Assembly (NCBI GenBank): GCA_051859245.1
Contig: JBHYGA010000001.1
Coordinates: forward strand, 1,181,722 to 1,245,721
Direction of reading: 5' to 3'
DNA from: Gemmatimonadaceae bacterium
GTDB lineage: Bacteria; Gemmatimonadota; Gemmatimonadetes; Gemmatimonadales; Gemmatimonadaceae
DNA: 64,000 nt
The translations under genes and the position numbers were made by a program. The notes beneath the pieces are model-generated. The model saw only the letters and a program-made list of their open reading frames with translations. It did no database searches and was not told where the DNA came from. Shown piece by piece: positions 1 through 10,473 of this stretch. Every line of letters begins with the position of its first letter. The stretch's first letter is position 1.

Positions 1-582
1 ACGCGCAACGCGTTGGTGAATCAGATCGAAGATCGCGTGAACGATTGTCTTGAGCGCAGTCTCGCCGGTCGCCCGTTGCCGCGTGATAGCGAGCAGATGC
101 GTGCCATAGTCGCGTACTTCGAGTTTCTCTCGCGCGGCGTGCCCTACGGACGAAAGATTGTGGGGCAGGGCGCGCCAGCGATTCGGGCGGAGGTTGCGAA
201 CGCGGCCAATGGCGAGACCGTGTACGCGGCGTCGTGCGTACGTTGTCATGGCGCGTCTGGCGAAGGCACGGAGCTGGCGCCGCCGTTGTGGGGCGCACAG
301 TCGTACAACAACGGTGCCGGTATGGGTCGTGCCAGCACGGCGGCCGCGTTCATCCATGCGAACATGCCACTCGACGGACCCAATCTTTCCGCGCAACAGG
401 CGCTGGATGTGGCCACCTACATCAACGCGCAGCCGCGGCCGGTGTTTGCCCGCGCCAGTGCCGACTGGCCGTTCGGTGGTGCACCGGTCGACGTACCGTA
501 TGCCACAGCCGGGCGTAGCGTGGGCGCGAGTGTGTTGCCGCGCACGGAAACAACGGCGGTGGATTCCTCGCACCGCCGATAG
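1..582 (+). CDS. c-type cytochrome, thiosulfate dehydrogenase TsdA-like (5' partial, runs off window)
   Basis: Frame open from base 1; RVNDCLERS (TsdA-like RINxCxxRS Cys motif), CVRCH heme motif, PPLWG..SYNNGAGM, FIHANMP. Confidence 0.75.
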   Translation, partial: TRNALVNQIEDRVNDCLERSLAGRPLPRDSEQMRAIVAYFEFLSRGVPYGRKIVGQGAPAIRAEVANAANGETVYAASCVRCHGASGEGTELAPPLWGAQSYNNGAGMGRASTAAAFIHANMPLDGPNLSAQQALDVATYINAQPRPVFARASADWPFGGAPVDVPYATAGRSVGASVLPRTETTAVDSSHRR

Positions 583-785
583 CGTGCGCCGGTCCGAAAT
601 CGCGCGAGTTGCACCATTTCTCTCGCGGGTAGTTGCGGCCCGCACTGCATCTGTCGATACTCCCCCTCGGCGCCTCGCGCGGGGCATTGCGCCGTTGCCC
701 CCGCAGGTGCAGGATGGACAGTCAGCGTCCGCTTCTGGTGCGCTGCGCCTGTCCGTGCAATGTCACTCTTCTGGAGAATCCGCTC

Positions 786-1163
786 ATGCAGGAGCTGTTC
801 GGGTCGTGGTCGTGGGATGCATCGAATGACGAAGATGGTGCGTTCCGCTTGACACACCCGCTCGTGGCCGGCAGTGCTGTCGCGTTTGCTGCGCTCGACG
901 ATGATGAAGAAGATCAGATTGACGAAGATGATGACGTCGATTTCGATGATGAGGATGATCTCGATGACGACGATGATCTTGACGACGATCTGGACGAAGA
1001 TGATCTCGACGACGATGACGACGACGATGATCTGGACGACGATGATGATGACGATGACGACGATGAAGACGAAGAGGACGATCTCTTCGTGGATCTCGAT
1101 GATGACTACGACGTAGACGACGACGAGGATGATCGTCCGGGCCGTCCAGTCGACGAAGATTGA
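786..1163 (+). CDS. small, extremely Asp/Glu-rich low-complexity protein
   Basis: GGAG ribosome-binding site before ATG786; long GAY/GAR codon tract ~898-1132. Confidence 0.65.
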   Translation: MQELFGSWSWDASNDEDGAFRLTHPLVAGSAVAFAALDDDEEDQIDEDDDVDFDDEDDLDDDDDLDDDLDEDDLDDDDDDDDLDDDDDDDDDDEDEEDDLFVDLDDDYDVDDDEDDRPGRPVDED

Positions 1164-1271
1164 TCCGTCTGACGTCCCGTTCGCTGTGCTTTGTTGACGG
1201 CGGGGCGTCAGGCCGTTACCGTTATCGGTCTGTCCAGCAACGCGCGGTTTGGCGCTGCTGGACACGGTGCC

Positions 1272-1345
<74 letters not shown>

Positions 1346-1593
1346 TACCCGACATCTGCTGTGGCTTCGAATCTGTTTAAAACGTGATGTCGTGATGTTT
1401 TGCCTCAGGGCCCGGTGCACACCGGGCCCTGTTGCGTTTTCGCCTCGGCCCGAACTGTCACATCCTGCGACCCGTGCCACAGACCTGACGGCCACGTGCC
1501 GATTCTGTGACGGCGGTGCCGGACGGCAGGCCAAGAGTGTGACGCCAGCCCCTCGCCTTGCGTCCCCCGTGTGACTTCTACTCTCGGGACGCA

Positions 1594-3177
1594 ATGACAC
1601 GTTTGACGGCTTCGCTCGAAACCATTCTCCAGGTTCTGCATGATCGCGGTATGGACGATGTCCTGCTGCGAGAGGGCAATCCGGTGCAACTGCGAAAGGG
1701 CGACAAGTCATTTCCGGTGAGTCGCGACGTGCTCGGTCGCGAGCAGATCCTGCGTATGCTCGATCACACGCATGAAGGGGACGTGCCGTGGCCCACCGAG
1801 TTTTCTCTCGCGGACGGTCGCGGGGTCACGGTCGAAGTGGCCGGGCCATCTGATGCATCGCAGCCGCTTGAGGTCGTGCTGGCACGCCGACGTGGCGATA
1901 CCCCGCGCGGCGCACAGGCGGTGCCCACACCGCTCTCCACCGATGCCCTGATGCAAGAGCCTGTGCTTCGAGCGTCCGATGCGACGGTTGCGCCATCGTC
2001 GGTGCAGCACCCCGCGCGCCGCGTGACCGATCATTCGTGGGGCCCGTTCGCGTCGCGCGCGCTCGCTCTGGCCGAACTCGAGCGCTTGCTGCGCAAACAG
2101 GTGGAGGCCGGCGCCGCTGACTTGCATTTGCGCGTGGGCGAACCGCCCGTGCTGCGTCGCCGCGGCGATCTCGAGCGCATGGAAGGCGAACCGGCGCTCG
2201 ACGACGCGCGACTCACGGCCATGGTGACGGCGGCCATGCCGCCGAAGAACGAAGCCGAGTTTGCGGAGTTGTCGGATACCGACTTTGCGCACGAAATCGA
2301 AGGTCTCTCGCGCTTTCGTGCCAACGCGCTGAAAGACCGGAAAGGCACGGCCGCGGTGCTGCGTACGATCGCGTCGGAAACGGTCACCGTTGACGAAATG
2401 GGCATCAGCCCCGAAGTCCGTCAGCTGTGCTATCTGAGCAAAGGACTCGTGCTGGTGACCGGTCCCACGGGATCAGGCAAATCCACCACGATGTGCGCGT
2501 TGATTGATCTGATCAATCGCACACGCAACGATCATATCATCACGATCGAAGACCCGATTGAGTTCGTTCACAAGAACAAGCAGTGCCTGATCACGCAGCG
2601 ACAGGTTGGTGTGCATACCACCAGCTTCAAGAGCGCGCTGCGGGCCGCGCTGCGCGAAGATCCGGACGTTGTGCTGGTTGGTGAGTTGCGCGATCTTGAA
2701 ACGGTGGCCATTGCCATTGAGACGGCGGAAACGGGCCATCTTGTGTTTGGCACATTGCACACGGCGACCGCAGCCGGTACCGTGGACCGTATCATTGACC
2801 AGTTTCCAGCCGACCGTCAGGAGCAGATTCGCGTGATGCTGGCCGAATCGCTGAAGGGTGTGGTGTCGCAGACGCTGCTCAAGCGCACGAGCGGTGGGCG
2901 CATTGCGGCGCGCGAAATCATGATTGTGAACAGCGCCATCTCCAATCTCATCCGCGAAGGCAAGACGGTGCAGATTCCGTCCATCATTCAGACCAACAAG
3001 CGTTTGGGCATGGTGATGCTGAACGACGCGCTGATGGACCTGGTGAACGCCGGCGAAGTGGATCCGCTCGAGGCGTATACAAAAGCGGTGGACAAGGGCA
3101 ATCTCGCGGAACGTCTCAAGTCCAAGGGGTTCGACGTGGCCGTGATGCAGCGCCAACGTGACGCGATGGGTGCCTGA
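1594..3177 (+). CDS. pilT: type IV pilus retraction ATPase PilT with extra N-terminal domain
   Basis: GPTGSGKST Walker A, TIEDPIE, LREDPDVVLVGE, GTLHT, AISNLIRE (AIRNLIRE motif). Confidence 0.92.
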   Translation: MTRLTASLETILQVLHDRGMDDVLLREGNPVQLRKGDKSFPVSRDVLGREQILRMLDHTHEGDVPWPTEFSLADGRGVTVEVAGPSDASQPLEVVLARRRGDTPRGAQAVPTPLSTDALMQEPVLRASDATVAPSSVQHPARRVTDHSWGPFASRALALAELERLLRKQVEAGAADLHLRVGEPPVLRRRGDLERMEGEPALDDARLTAMVTAAMPPKNEAEFAELSDTDFAHEIEGLSRFRANALKDRKGTAAVLRTIASETVTVDEMGISPEVRQLCYLSKGLVLVTGPTGSGKSTTMCALIDLINRTRNDHIITIEDPIEFVHKNKQCLITQRQVGVHTTSFKSALRAALREDPDVVLVGELRDLETVAIAIETAETGHLVFGTLHTATAAGTVDRIIDQFPADRQEQIRVMLAESLKGVVSQTLLKRTSGGRIAAREIMIVNSAISNLIREGKTVQIPSIIQTNKRLGMVMLNDALMDLVNAGEVDPLEAYTKAVDKGNLAERLKSKGFDVAVMQRQRDAMGA

Positions 3178-3202
3178 CGTTCGTGCGTAACGGCTGGGTG
3201 GT

Positions 3203-3691
3203 GTGCGCGTGACTGGCCGCCGCGAACCGCGCGTGACGGCTGGCGTGTTAGCGCCGCCTCCTGTTTTTCCTGCACTGGTGATTGTGCTGTCGGAGGTCGC
3301 CCGTGCGGTGCGACCGATCGTGGCGCCGTGGGACACGCGTACGTGGAGTTGGTTGGTCGCGCTGGGGCTGCTGTTCGCCGCGCTCACGTTGTTAATCGGA
3401 GCGTTCGTGGTGTTTCGGCGCGCGCGCACTCCCGTGGAACCGTGGAAACAAACGCGTGCGATTGTGGCCGATGGGCCGTACGCGTTCTCGCGCAACCCGA
3501 TTTATCTGGCGTTTCTGCTCATTCAGCTTGCGTACGCCGTGGCCCGCCCGAACGTGTGGGGCGCGTTGCTGCTACCGCTGAGCGTTGCCGCGCTGCATTG
3601 GGCCGTCATCGTGCGGGAGGAGCGCTATCTCGAGCAGCTGTTCGGCGATGAATACCGCACGTACCGCGCTCGCGTGCGGCGATGGTTGTAG
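3203..3691 (+). CDS. isoprenylcysteine carboxyl methyltransferase (PEMT/Ste14) family membrane protein
   Basis: GPYAFSRNPIY, REERYLEQLFGDEYRTYRARVRRW. Confidence 0.85.
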   Translation: MRVTGRREPRVTAGVLAPPPVFPALVIVLSEVARAVRPIVAPWDTRTWSWLVALGLLFAALTLLIGAFVVFRRARTPVEPWKQTRAIVADGPYAFSRNPIYLAFLLIQLAYAVARPNVWGALLLPLSVAALHWAVIVREERYLEQLFGDEYRTYRARVRRWL

Positions 3692-3731
3692 CGCCACGGC
3701 CCAACGGATCAGGCTGAACCACGCCGCCTGG

Positions 3732-4667
3732 TTACGGCGCGGACGCTCCGGCGCTGGTTACCCACGCTGTCCACCAGAGGTCTCGCAACATGTTCGCACC
3801 GGCCGCGAGCCGCGCGGCGGTGAACTGTTTGTTCTCCGCCGCACGCGTATCAATGCCCCACGCGTCTTTTTTGTCGAGCGCGTAGAGGCGTTCAACGTGC
3901 GTGTTGCTTTCGTTGATGTACGCAATGATCGCGCCGCGCACATCGCGATGCACCTGGACATCTGCCCGTACGAGCGACTTCACATCGGACTGTTCAATGT
4001 GCGCCTGCACATACGCCGTTTCAAACCGGCCATGAAATGCACGATCCGTTGCGTACGCATTGGGGTTTGCACCGGCCCAGCCATTGTAGTGAATCGTGGT
4101 GTGGGCTGGATTCGCCGCGTCGGCAACGTAGTGGCCGAGTATGCCCGCGTCGTTGAGAATGCGCGCTTCAATCCACGAACGTGTGGCCGAGTCGGGCGCC
4201 GTGCGCCACATGCGAAACTCCTGCCGCAAACGCTGCGTGAGTTCGAGCATCGAGAATGGCAGGAAGCCCATTGTCACGGCGTCCACACCCGCGGCGCGCA
4301 GCGTGTCCGCGTAGGCGTAGCGGTGCGGCGCCTTCAGCGCAGCCGCCAGTACGGCGGGCGTCGCCATTTCGAGATCAACAAAATGATCTGCATTGAACGC
4401 ACCATCGAGGGCCGGATCGAGATCGCGCTCCGCACGCGCCTTCCATCGATCCGGCTCAGGATTCAAGTACGCAAGCTGATCAGCCGCGGCGCGAAAGAAT
4501 GCCGGCATGGAATCGGGAAGCGATTCCGCGGCCACCGCGCCTACGATGCGGTGACCTTTGGCTCCCCATGCAAAAATGGATGAGGGGAGCAGCAGCGCCG
4601 CGAACACCAGAGCAAAGGCGGCGGTAGTGCGCACGCGAGGAGACGGGGTCGATCGATTCAGTGACAT
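3732..4667 (-). CDS. secreted S1/P1 nuclease / Zn-dependent phospholipase C-like protein
   Basis: Signal peptide then mature WGAKGH; HYVAD..NPAH and H..FE zinc ligands. Confidence 0.85.
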   Translation of the reverse strand: MSLNRSTPSPRVRTTAAFALVFAALLLPSSIFAWGAKGHRIVGAVAAESLPDSMPAFFRAAADQLAYLNPEPDRWKARAERDLDPALDGAFNADHFVDLEMATPAVLAAALKAPHRYAYADTLRAAGVDAVTMGFLPFSMLELTQRLRQEFRMWRTAPDSATRSWIEARILNDAGILGHYVADAANPAHTTIHYNGWAGANPNAYATDRAFHGRFETAYVQAHIEQSDVKSLVRADVQVHRDVRGAIIAYINESNTHVERLYALDKKDAWGIDTRAAENKQFTAARLAAGANMLRDLWWTAWVTSAGASAP

Positions 4668-4744
4668 GTCCGAAGGTTAGCCAGCGCGGACAGCCTTGTC
4701 ACTCGTGTGGATGCACCGACTACATGAGACCAGGGCGCCGCGCA

Positions 4745-5947
4745 TCAGCCATGCACCGGCAGTCGAATCTCCACGGTGCAACCGCCGCCGGTGGAGTTGG
4801 TCATGCGAAAGGCATAACGATCCCCGTACAACATGGCGAGGCGCGTGCGCGTGTTGGTGAGTCCAATGCCGAGTCCATCAACGCTGGGCGTCGCCGCCAG
4901 GAATCGTCCGCTGTCGGTGATGCGCCCGTCCAATCCACGTCCGTTGTCTTCCACGCGCAGCTCGAGCATCGGACCGAGGCGTCGCGCACTGACTTGCACC
5001 GACTGTCCGGTGCGCCCTGGCCAGATGCCATGCTTGAGCGCGTTTTCCACGAGCGGTTGCAGGACAAAACTCGGCACATCGAGATCCACCGCCGCCGGAT
5101 CCACATCAATGTCAATCGAGAGGCCGTCGCCGTAACGCACACGCGCGACTTGCAGATAGAGTTCGACCAGCTCGATCTCGCGCCACAGCGGAATCGTGGG
5201 TGATGCGGCGGTGCGCAGTGAAAGTCGTAGCAAATCACTCACTGAGCTCAACGCACGTTGCGCCTGGCGTACGTCCATTTCCATCAGTTCTGTAACCGAG
5301 TTGAGCGCATTGAACAGAAAATGCGGATTGAGCTGCATGCGCAGCGCTTCCAACTGTTGCAACGACAAGCGCTCTTCGAGTTCCGTGGCTACACGATCGC
5401 GCTCTCGATAACGTCGCACGAACTCCACCATGTACGCCGCGCCCAGAATGGCCCAGTACATCATGAACTGAAAATCGAGATGCGACACGGCTGTTCGTAC
5501 GAACACATCCGCGTACTGCGGCATCACACCGCGCCACGGCGTGAAGCGCCAGTCCAACCATCCGATCACGATCGCACTTGCGACCATCACGATTGCAGAC
5601 GCGAAAAGGTGGGTACCCAGCCATATGCGCACACGTCCGGCGCGCAGCGGAACGCGATCGACCAGCGTCAGAATGCCCTGTGACCAGATGGCCCACACCA
5701 TCCAGCAGGACACCTGCCAGGCGAGCGCGGCGCCGAGCGAAATTGGTCGCGGCGCACCGCGCGAGGAGAACCACACGGCCAATCCGGCGATCGCGCCGGG
5801 CACCAGCCAGATGCACGCGAAGAGCACGCGGGTCCATAAACGCAGCCGTCGGCCTTCATCCGCAATGGTGATGGTCGCCGGCGACGCGGTGCCACGTGGC
5901 CCCGCGCTACGGTCGGCGGATGGGGACGAAACGGACGAGGAGGTCAC
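4745..5947 (-). CDS. LytS/YehU-type membrane sensor histidine kinase
   Basis: N-terminal TM helices, QLNPHFLFNALN, LQPLVENALKHG, EDNGRG, GIGLTN. Confidence 0.93.
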   Translation of the reverse strand: MTSSSVSSPSADRSAGPRGTASPATITIADEGRRLRLWTRVLFACIWLVPGAIAGLAVWFSSRGAPRPISLGAALAWQVSCWMVWAIWSQGILTLVDRVPLRAGRVRIWLGTHLFASAIVMVASAIVIGWLDWRFTPWRGVMPQYADVFVRTAVSHLDFQFMMYWAILGAAYMVEFVRRYRERDRVATELEERLSLQQLEALRMQLNPHFLFNALNSVTELMEMDVRQAQRALSSVSDLLRLSLRTAASPTIPLWREIELVELYLQVARVRYGDGLSIDIDVDPAAVDLDVPSFVLQPLVENALKHGIWPGRTGQSVQVSARRLGPMLELRVEDNGRGLDGRITDSGRFLAATPSVDGLGIGLTNTRTRLAMLYGDRYAFRMTNSTGGGCTVEIRLPVHG

Positions 5948-6227
5948 GACACGATGGCTGAATGAGACAAGCGGAGTGAATGCGAATTGTCGGCAAACCC
6001 GATGGCCGCGCGTGCACCGGATGAGACCGGTTCAAAGCAACGACTGTGCGGTTCGCGGTGTCCAAGTCGGCACGTTAGTCGCTGATCGTCGTGGCAGCGA
6101 GGGTCACGTGACAGGCCGTTCGACGAAAGAAACCGATCGCGTTGGCGTACGTAAGGGAGCAGATCGCGGCCGGGCGAGACTTCGCTGGCGCACGTTGGCG
6201 GTACGGGACCACCTGACCGGGGGAGCA

Positions 6228-7076
6228 ATGCAGAAGGTACGAGTGCTCATCGTAGACGATGAAGGGCTATCGCGACAGCGGATCCGGCGCCTGGTGCAGG
6301 CCGAGCCGGACGCCGAAGTGATCGGCGAATGCGCCAATGGCGTGGAAGCGGTGCAGGCCATCCGTGAGCATACGCCGGACGTCGTCTGTCTCGATGTGCA
6401 GATGCCGGAGCTCGATGGCTTTGGCGTGTTGCAGCAGCTGGGCGGCGTACCGGCGCCCAAGGTGCTGTTCGTCACCGCGTACGACGAGCATGCACTGCGC
6501 GCCTTCGATGTGCATGCGGTCGACTACGTACTCAAGCCTGTGGACGCCGATCGATTCCGCACGGCGTTTGACCGCGCGCGCCGCGCGCACATGCAGTCCT
6601 CCGCAGCGGATCGTCTCGGCCAGCTGCTCGATACCGTTCGCCGCGTCTCCGACGGCACGGCCCCCGCGCCTACGGATCTCTCGCCTGGCGGCGCCGCCCC
6701 CAGTGAGGGGGCAAGTGCGACAATGACCAACGGCGCCACGCGCTACGCGAGTCGCGTTCTGGTCAAACACGATGGTCGCATGTTCTTTGTGAAAGTGGGT
6801 GATATCGACTGGATTGAGGCGGATCGCAACTACGTGCGATTGCACGTGGGCAAAACGGCGCATACCATTCGAGAGCGCATCAGTCACATCGAGGAGACCC
6901 TCGACCCGCGCATGTTTGCGCGCATCCATCGGTCTACCATCGTCAATCTCAATCGTGTGCGGGAGATGCAGCAGTGGTTCAGTGGCGACTACGTGGTCAT
7001 TCTTGAGAGCGGAGCGCGCCTCCGTCTCAGTCGTCACTACCGCGATCGCGTGGAGCGACAAGTCGGCGCGGCGTAG
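6228..7076 (+). CDS. LytTR family response regulator
   Basis: GGGAG RBS before ATG6228; IVDDE, LDVQMP, FVTAY, DYVLKP receiver; RIHRSTIVN LytTR domain. Confidence 0.95.
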   Translation: MQKVRVLIVDDEGLSRQRIRRLVQAEPDAEVIGECANGVEAVQAIREHTPDVVCLDVQMPELDGFGVLQQLGGVPAPKVLFVTAYDEHALRAFDVHAVDYVLKPVDADRFRTAFDRARRAHMQSSAADRLGQLLDTVRRVSDGTAPAPTDLSPGGAAPSEGASATMTNGATRYASRVLVKHDGRMFFVKVGDIDWIEADRNYVRLHVGKTAHTIRERISHIEETLDPRMFARIHRSTIVNLNRVREMQQWFSGDYVVILESGARLRLSRHYRDRVERQVGAA

Positions 7077-7096
7077 TGCGCGCTGCGGGTGCGTCA

Positions 7097-8131
7097 ATGA
7101 AACGACCTGACGCACCCATGCACTTGCGCCTGCGACTGGCTGATCTGGCTATTCGCTGGCGTTTCAAACGACACGCGACTCGCCCGCTCAACGTTACGTG
7201 GGCAAGGTCGCGCATCGGTCGACCAATGTGGATGCGTCGGTTGATTACGCTCCCGGTGCATCGCACCGACGTGGATCTCGGCACGCATCGCGTGGAGCTG
7301 CTCTCACCGCCGGACTCGCCCAATAACACATCGGCGGCCGAGCTGCATCGTGTGGTGTTGTACGTGCACGGTGGTGGATACATCGCTTGTTCGCCCAGCA
7401 CGCATCGCCCAATGGCGGCGCGCATCGCACGTGAATGGAACGCGCTCACCGTTGTACCCGATTACCGACTCGCGCCTGAACACGCCTTCCCTGCGGGGCG
7501 CGACGATGTGCTCGCGACCTGGCGCTGGTTGATTCACGACCTCAAGATCGATCCGTCGCACGTGGTCTTCGCTGGCGATTCGGCCGGCGGAGGGCTGGCA
7601 CTCGCGTCCGCGCTGGCGTGTGCCGACGCGGGACTGCCACAACCGGCGGCACTTGTGCTGTTCAGCCCGTGGGCGGATCTGACGTGCAGCGGTGACTCGC
7701 TCACGCACAATCAGGAGCGCTGCGCGATGTTTGTGCCCGCGCAGTTGCAAGCAGCGGCCGCGCTGTACGCGGGCAGCGTGCCGCTCGACGATCCGCGCGT
7801 CTCACCACTGCTCGCGGATTTGTCGCATTTGCCACCGTTATGTGTGCACGTCAGTCACGACGAACTGTTGCGCGATGACTCGTTGCGTCTCGCCGAGCGC
7901 GCGCGTGCCGCTGGTGTGACGGTGTCGTTGCGCACGTGGACGGGCGTTCCGCACGTGTGGCAGTTTCTTGTGGGCTTGTTGCCAGAAGCGCGTGAATCAA
8001 TGAATGCGGCGTTTGATTTTGTGCGTGAGCACGTGCCGTCGCAACAACTCAATGCGTTGCGCGCGCAACACGTTGCGTACGTGAACCAACGGCCAGACGA
8101 GCACAACGAAACATCCGTGCCTCACGTGTAA
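7097..8131 (+). CDS. alpha/beta hydrolase, hormone-sensitive-lipase family esterase
   Basis: HGGGY, DYRLAPEH, GDSAGG nucleophile, ELLRDD, HVWQ. Confidence 0.92.
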   Translation: MKRPDAPMHLRLRLADLAIRWRFKRHATRPLNVTWARSRIGRPMWMRRLITLPVHRTDVDLGTHRVELLSPPDSPNNTSAAELHRVVLYVHGGGYIACSPSTHRPMAARIAREWNALTVVPDYRLAPEHAFPAGRDDVLATWRWLIHDLKIDPSHVVFAGDSAGGGLALASALACADAGLPQPAALVLFSPWADLTCSGDSLTHNQERCAMFVPAQLQAAAALYAGSVPLDDPRVSPLLADLSHLPPLCVHVSHDELLRDDSLRLAERARAAGVTVSLRTWTGVPHVWQFLVGLLPEARESMNAAFDFVREHVPSQQLNALRAQHVAYVNQRPDEHNETSVPHV

Positions 8132-8138
8132 CGCGCAC

Positions 8139-8465
8139 GTGACCGAGTGCGCGAGCGAGCGTCTCTGGAGCAAACACTTCTCTGACTCGCTCATCATGGT
8201 TTTTCGTCCGCCCGATTGGATCCCGCTCGAACGTGCACTCATTCGCGAATACGGTGAGGCCGCGCGCGACGCGGCAAGTGCGTTCTGGTTTGTGGGGTTC
8301 GTGGACGGCCCGGCCGATGTTGGACAGCTCCGCTTGTATGAACACACAGGTACGCGTCGTCGACTGGTGCTGGATGACAACGGGCGAGCGTACCGACAGC
8401 ATGCAGATCTCGAGCACTACAGCCCGGTGGCGCTCACCGATGCGTTGGTGGATGCACTGGCCTGA
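8139..8465 (+). CDS. hypothetical protein (start uncertain)
   Basis: Protein-like ORF directly after esterase (PDWIPLERAL...LYEHTGTRRRLVLD). Confidence 0.55.
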   Translation: MTECASERLWSKHFSDSLIMVFRPPDWIPLERALIREYGEAARDAASAFWFVGFVDGPADVGQLRLYEHTGTRRRLVLDDNGRAYRQHADLEHYSPVALTDALVDALA

Positions 8466-8619
8466 GCATCGGATCGTGGCAGCGTAAGACTCGGCGAGGG
8501 ACACGCCCATGCGCCGCGTGCCCTGACGCGAAAAGCCCCGGCGCGATATGCGCCGGCGCGGCTGAGAAACGGTTCGGACCCGCTCAAGTACGGTACGTGA
8601 GCGGCCGAGACTCCTACCA

Positions 8620-10377
8620 ATGCTCCCTCGCATCCCCGAGACTCGGACCGCGCACATCGGACCCGGCATTCCGCCATTGTCAGCGGTACGGCCGGCCGGT
8701 CCTGTTGATCCGGCGCTCGCTGGTGCTCTGGGCGAACTCGCGCGTGCCGGGATCGACCTCACGACGCTGTTCGAGGGCGGTGCAGACACATTGGTCGCAC
8801 GAGCGCTGCCAACGGCCACCGCACTCGGTGACGTGCTTGAGCGCGCCCGCGCCGCAGTGGTGCGTGGACTTCCCAGTGAGGCACTGGCGGTTCTTGATGA
8901 CGGCTGGGAAGGCGCGTCGCGCACCGAAGGTGGCTGGTACTATCGCGCGGCGGCGTTGATGCTGCTGGGGCTGCCGGGAGAAGCGGACCGTGTGCTGACC
9001 CAGGCACTGGTGCCACGTGGTGGATCCGTCGCGCTGCATTTTCTGCACTCCGTAGTGCGCGACTTTCAGGGCGACTCGGCGGGCGCGCGTGAGTCACTCG
9101 CCAACGCGCTGGCTCGTCGACCCGGGCACGCGCTGCTGGTGTCCTGGCAGGCCGTTTTGCTCGCGCGCACCGGTGACCGGGTTGGTGCACAGGCGCTGCT
9201 GGCGCCGTTGCTCGATGCGGAACCGGAGTCCTCTGTACTCGCGTGGGCACGCAAGGCCGTCACTGCAGCCGGCGCGCAACATGTGAGAACGTCCAGCATG
9301 TCGCTCGATATTGAGACGGACGCGCCGGACGACGTGCTGTTTCGCCCGCTTCGTGCCGCGCCGTTGTTGTCCGACGCCCCGATTGATGTGGCGCTGCGCA
9401 AAGTTGGCGCACAGCTGGTTGCCGGATCAGCGTACGACGTACGCCTCGAGGTGCGAGCCATGTTGCAGGGGCTCGCACCAGGCGGGCAACTCGACGGCAC
9501 GGTTCGCCCGGAGCACGCGCTCTCGGTCCGCAGCGCACTCGTCGCGGTGCTCGGCGCGCTCGCGAGGGAAGAACCCGGCGCCGCGCCTCGACCCGCATCG
9601 CCGCTTGAAGCGACCGCCGATGCCCGAGGGCGCTGGGCGTTCACACCGTCAAGCGCGCGGCCCAGTGTGCGCGCCGATGCGCTGCCGCCGAGCAGCGGGC
9701 CACGTGCGCTGCTGTTGCAGGCCATGCGCGCGGGAGACCTCGCTACGGCAACATCGTTGTTGGCCGACGTAGGCGCGAAAGAGGGAGAAGCTGTGGTTTC
9801 CGTGCTTCGCACATTGCTCGAGGGCGCGGACGCACCGGTGGAGCAGAAGGCCGTGACTCGACTCGTGCAGGAGCGCCACGATGATCAACTGCTCGTGCCG
9901 ATTCGAGTGGGTCTTTCGCTGCTGCAGGAAGCGTCTGCGCGCGACGAGGCCCGCGCCACGATTGCCGCCACGATGCCGGGTGTGCGTGATGCATCGTCGA
10001 GCGCGGCGCGGGTGGATTCGTTCGCTACCGCACCGGGCGACATTCGCGACGCGCATGATCTACCGCTTGCGGTGGCGCTAGGAACCGTTGTGCCGCCCGT
10101 GATACAGACAGGATTGACAGACAGTGCCGAGGCGGACGGTGCTCTGGCGCGCGACAATATCGATGAGAATGCGCATCGGCGCGTGGCCACGCAGATACCG
10201 TCGCTGGCGATTCTCTGCATGGCGCTCGCATTCGCTGCGCTGCTGGCTGGCTACGGCATTGCATCGATCGCGCTCGCCGGTGGTGCGAGCTGGCTCATGC
10301 TGCGGAGCTCCATTGCCGCTTCTCGAAAGCGTCGTCAGCCGATCGAGCAGGTCACATCGGAGCCGGAGCGGCACTAG
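8620..10377 (+). CDS. TPR-like protein with C-terminal membrane anchor
   Basis: TPR-like helices (WYYRAAALMLLG..EADRVL), two hydrophobic segments near C-terminus. Confidence 0.65.
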   Translation: MLPRIPETRTAHIGPGIPPLSAVRPAGPVDPALAGALGELARAGIDLTTLFEGGADTLVARALPTATALGDVLERARAAVVRGLPSEALAVLDDGWEGASRTEGGWYYRAAALMLLGLPGEADRVLTQALVPRGGSVALHFLHSVVRDFQGDSAGARESLANALARRPGHALLVSWQAVLLARTGDRVGAQALLAPLLDAEPESSVLAWARKAVTAAGAQHVRTSSMSLDIETDAPDDVLFRPLRAAPLLSDAPIDVALRKVGAQLVAGSAYDVRLEVRAMLQGLAPGGQLDGTVRPEHALSVRSALVAVLGALAREEPGAAPRPASPLEATADARGRWAFTPSSARPSVRADALPPSSGPRALLLQAMRAGDLATATSLLADVGAKEGEAVVSVLRTLLEGADAPVEQKAVTRLVQERHDDQLLVPIRVGLSLLQEASARDEARATIAATMPGVRDASSSAARVDSFATAPGDIRDAHDLPLAVALGTVVPPVIQTGLTDSAEADGALARDNIDENAHRRVATQIPSLAILCMALAFAALLAGYGIASIALAGGASWLMLRSSIAASRKRRQPIEQVTSEPERH

Positions 10378-10473
10378 ATTGAGCGCTGGTTCGGCAACCC
10401 CGCCGGACCACTGCTTGTCTTGTTCGCATCCGCGCCCTCGCGCGGAGTGACGCTTCCGTTTTCCGCTCTGATC

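Noticed and set aside
898..1132. Repetitive GACGAT tract as CRISPR or microsatellite
   Set aside because: No repeat-spacer structure; explained by Asp codons
5541..6227. N-terminal extension of the LytTR ORF (511 aa)
   Set aside because: Overlaps the kinase antisense; RBS and receiver domain start at 6228
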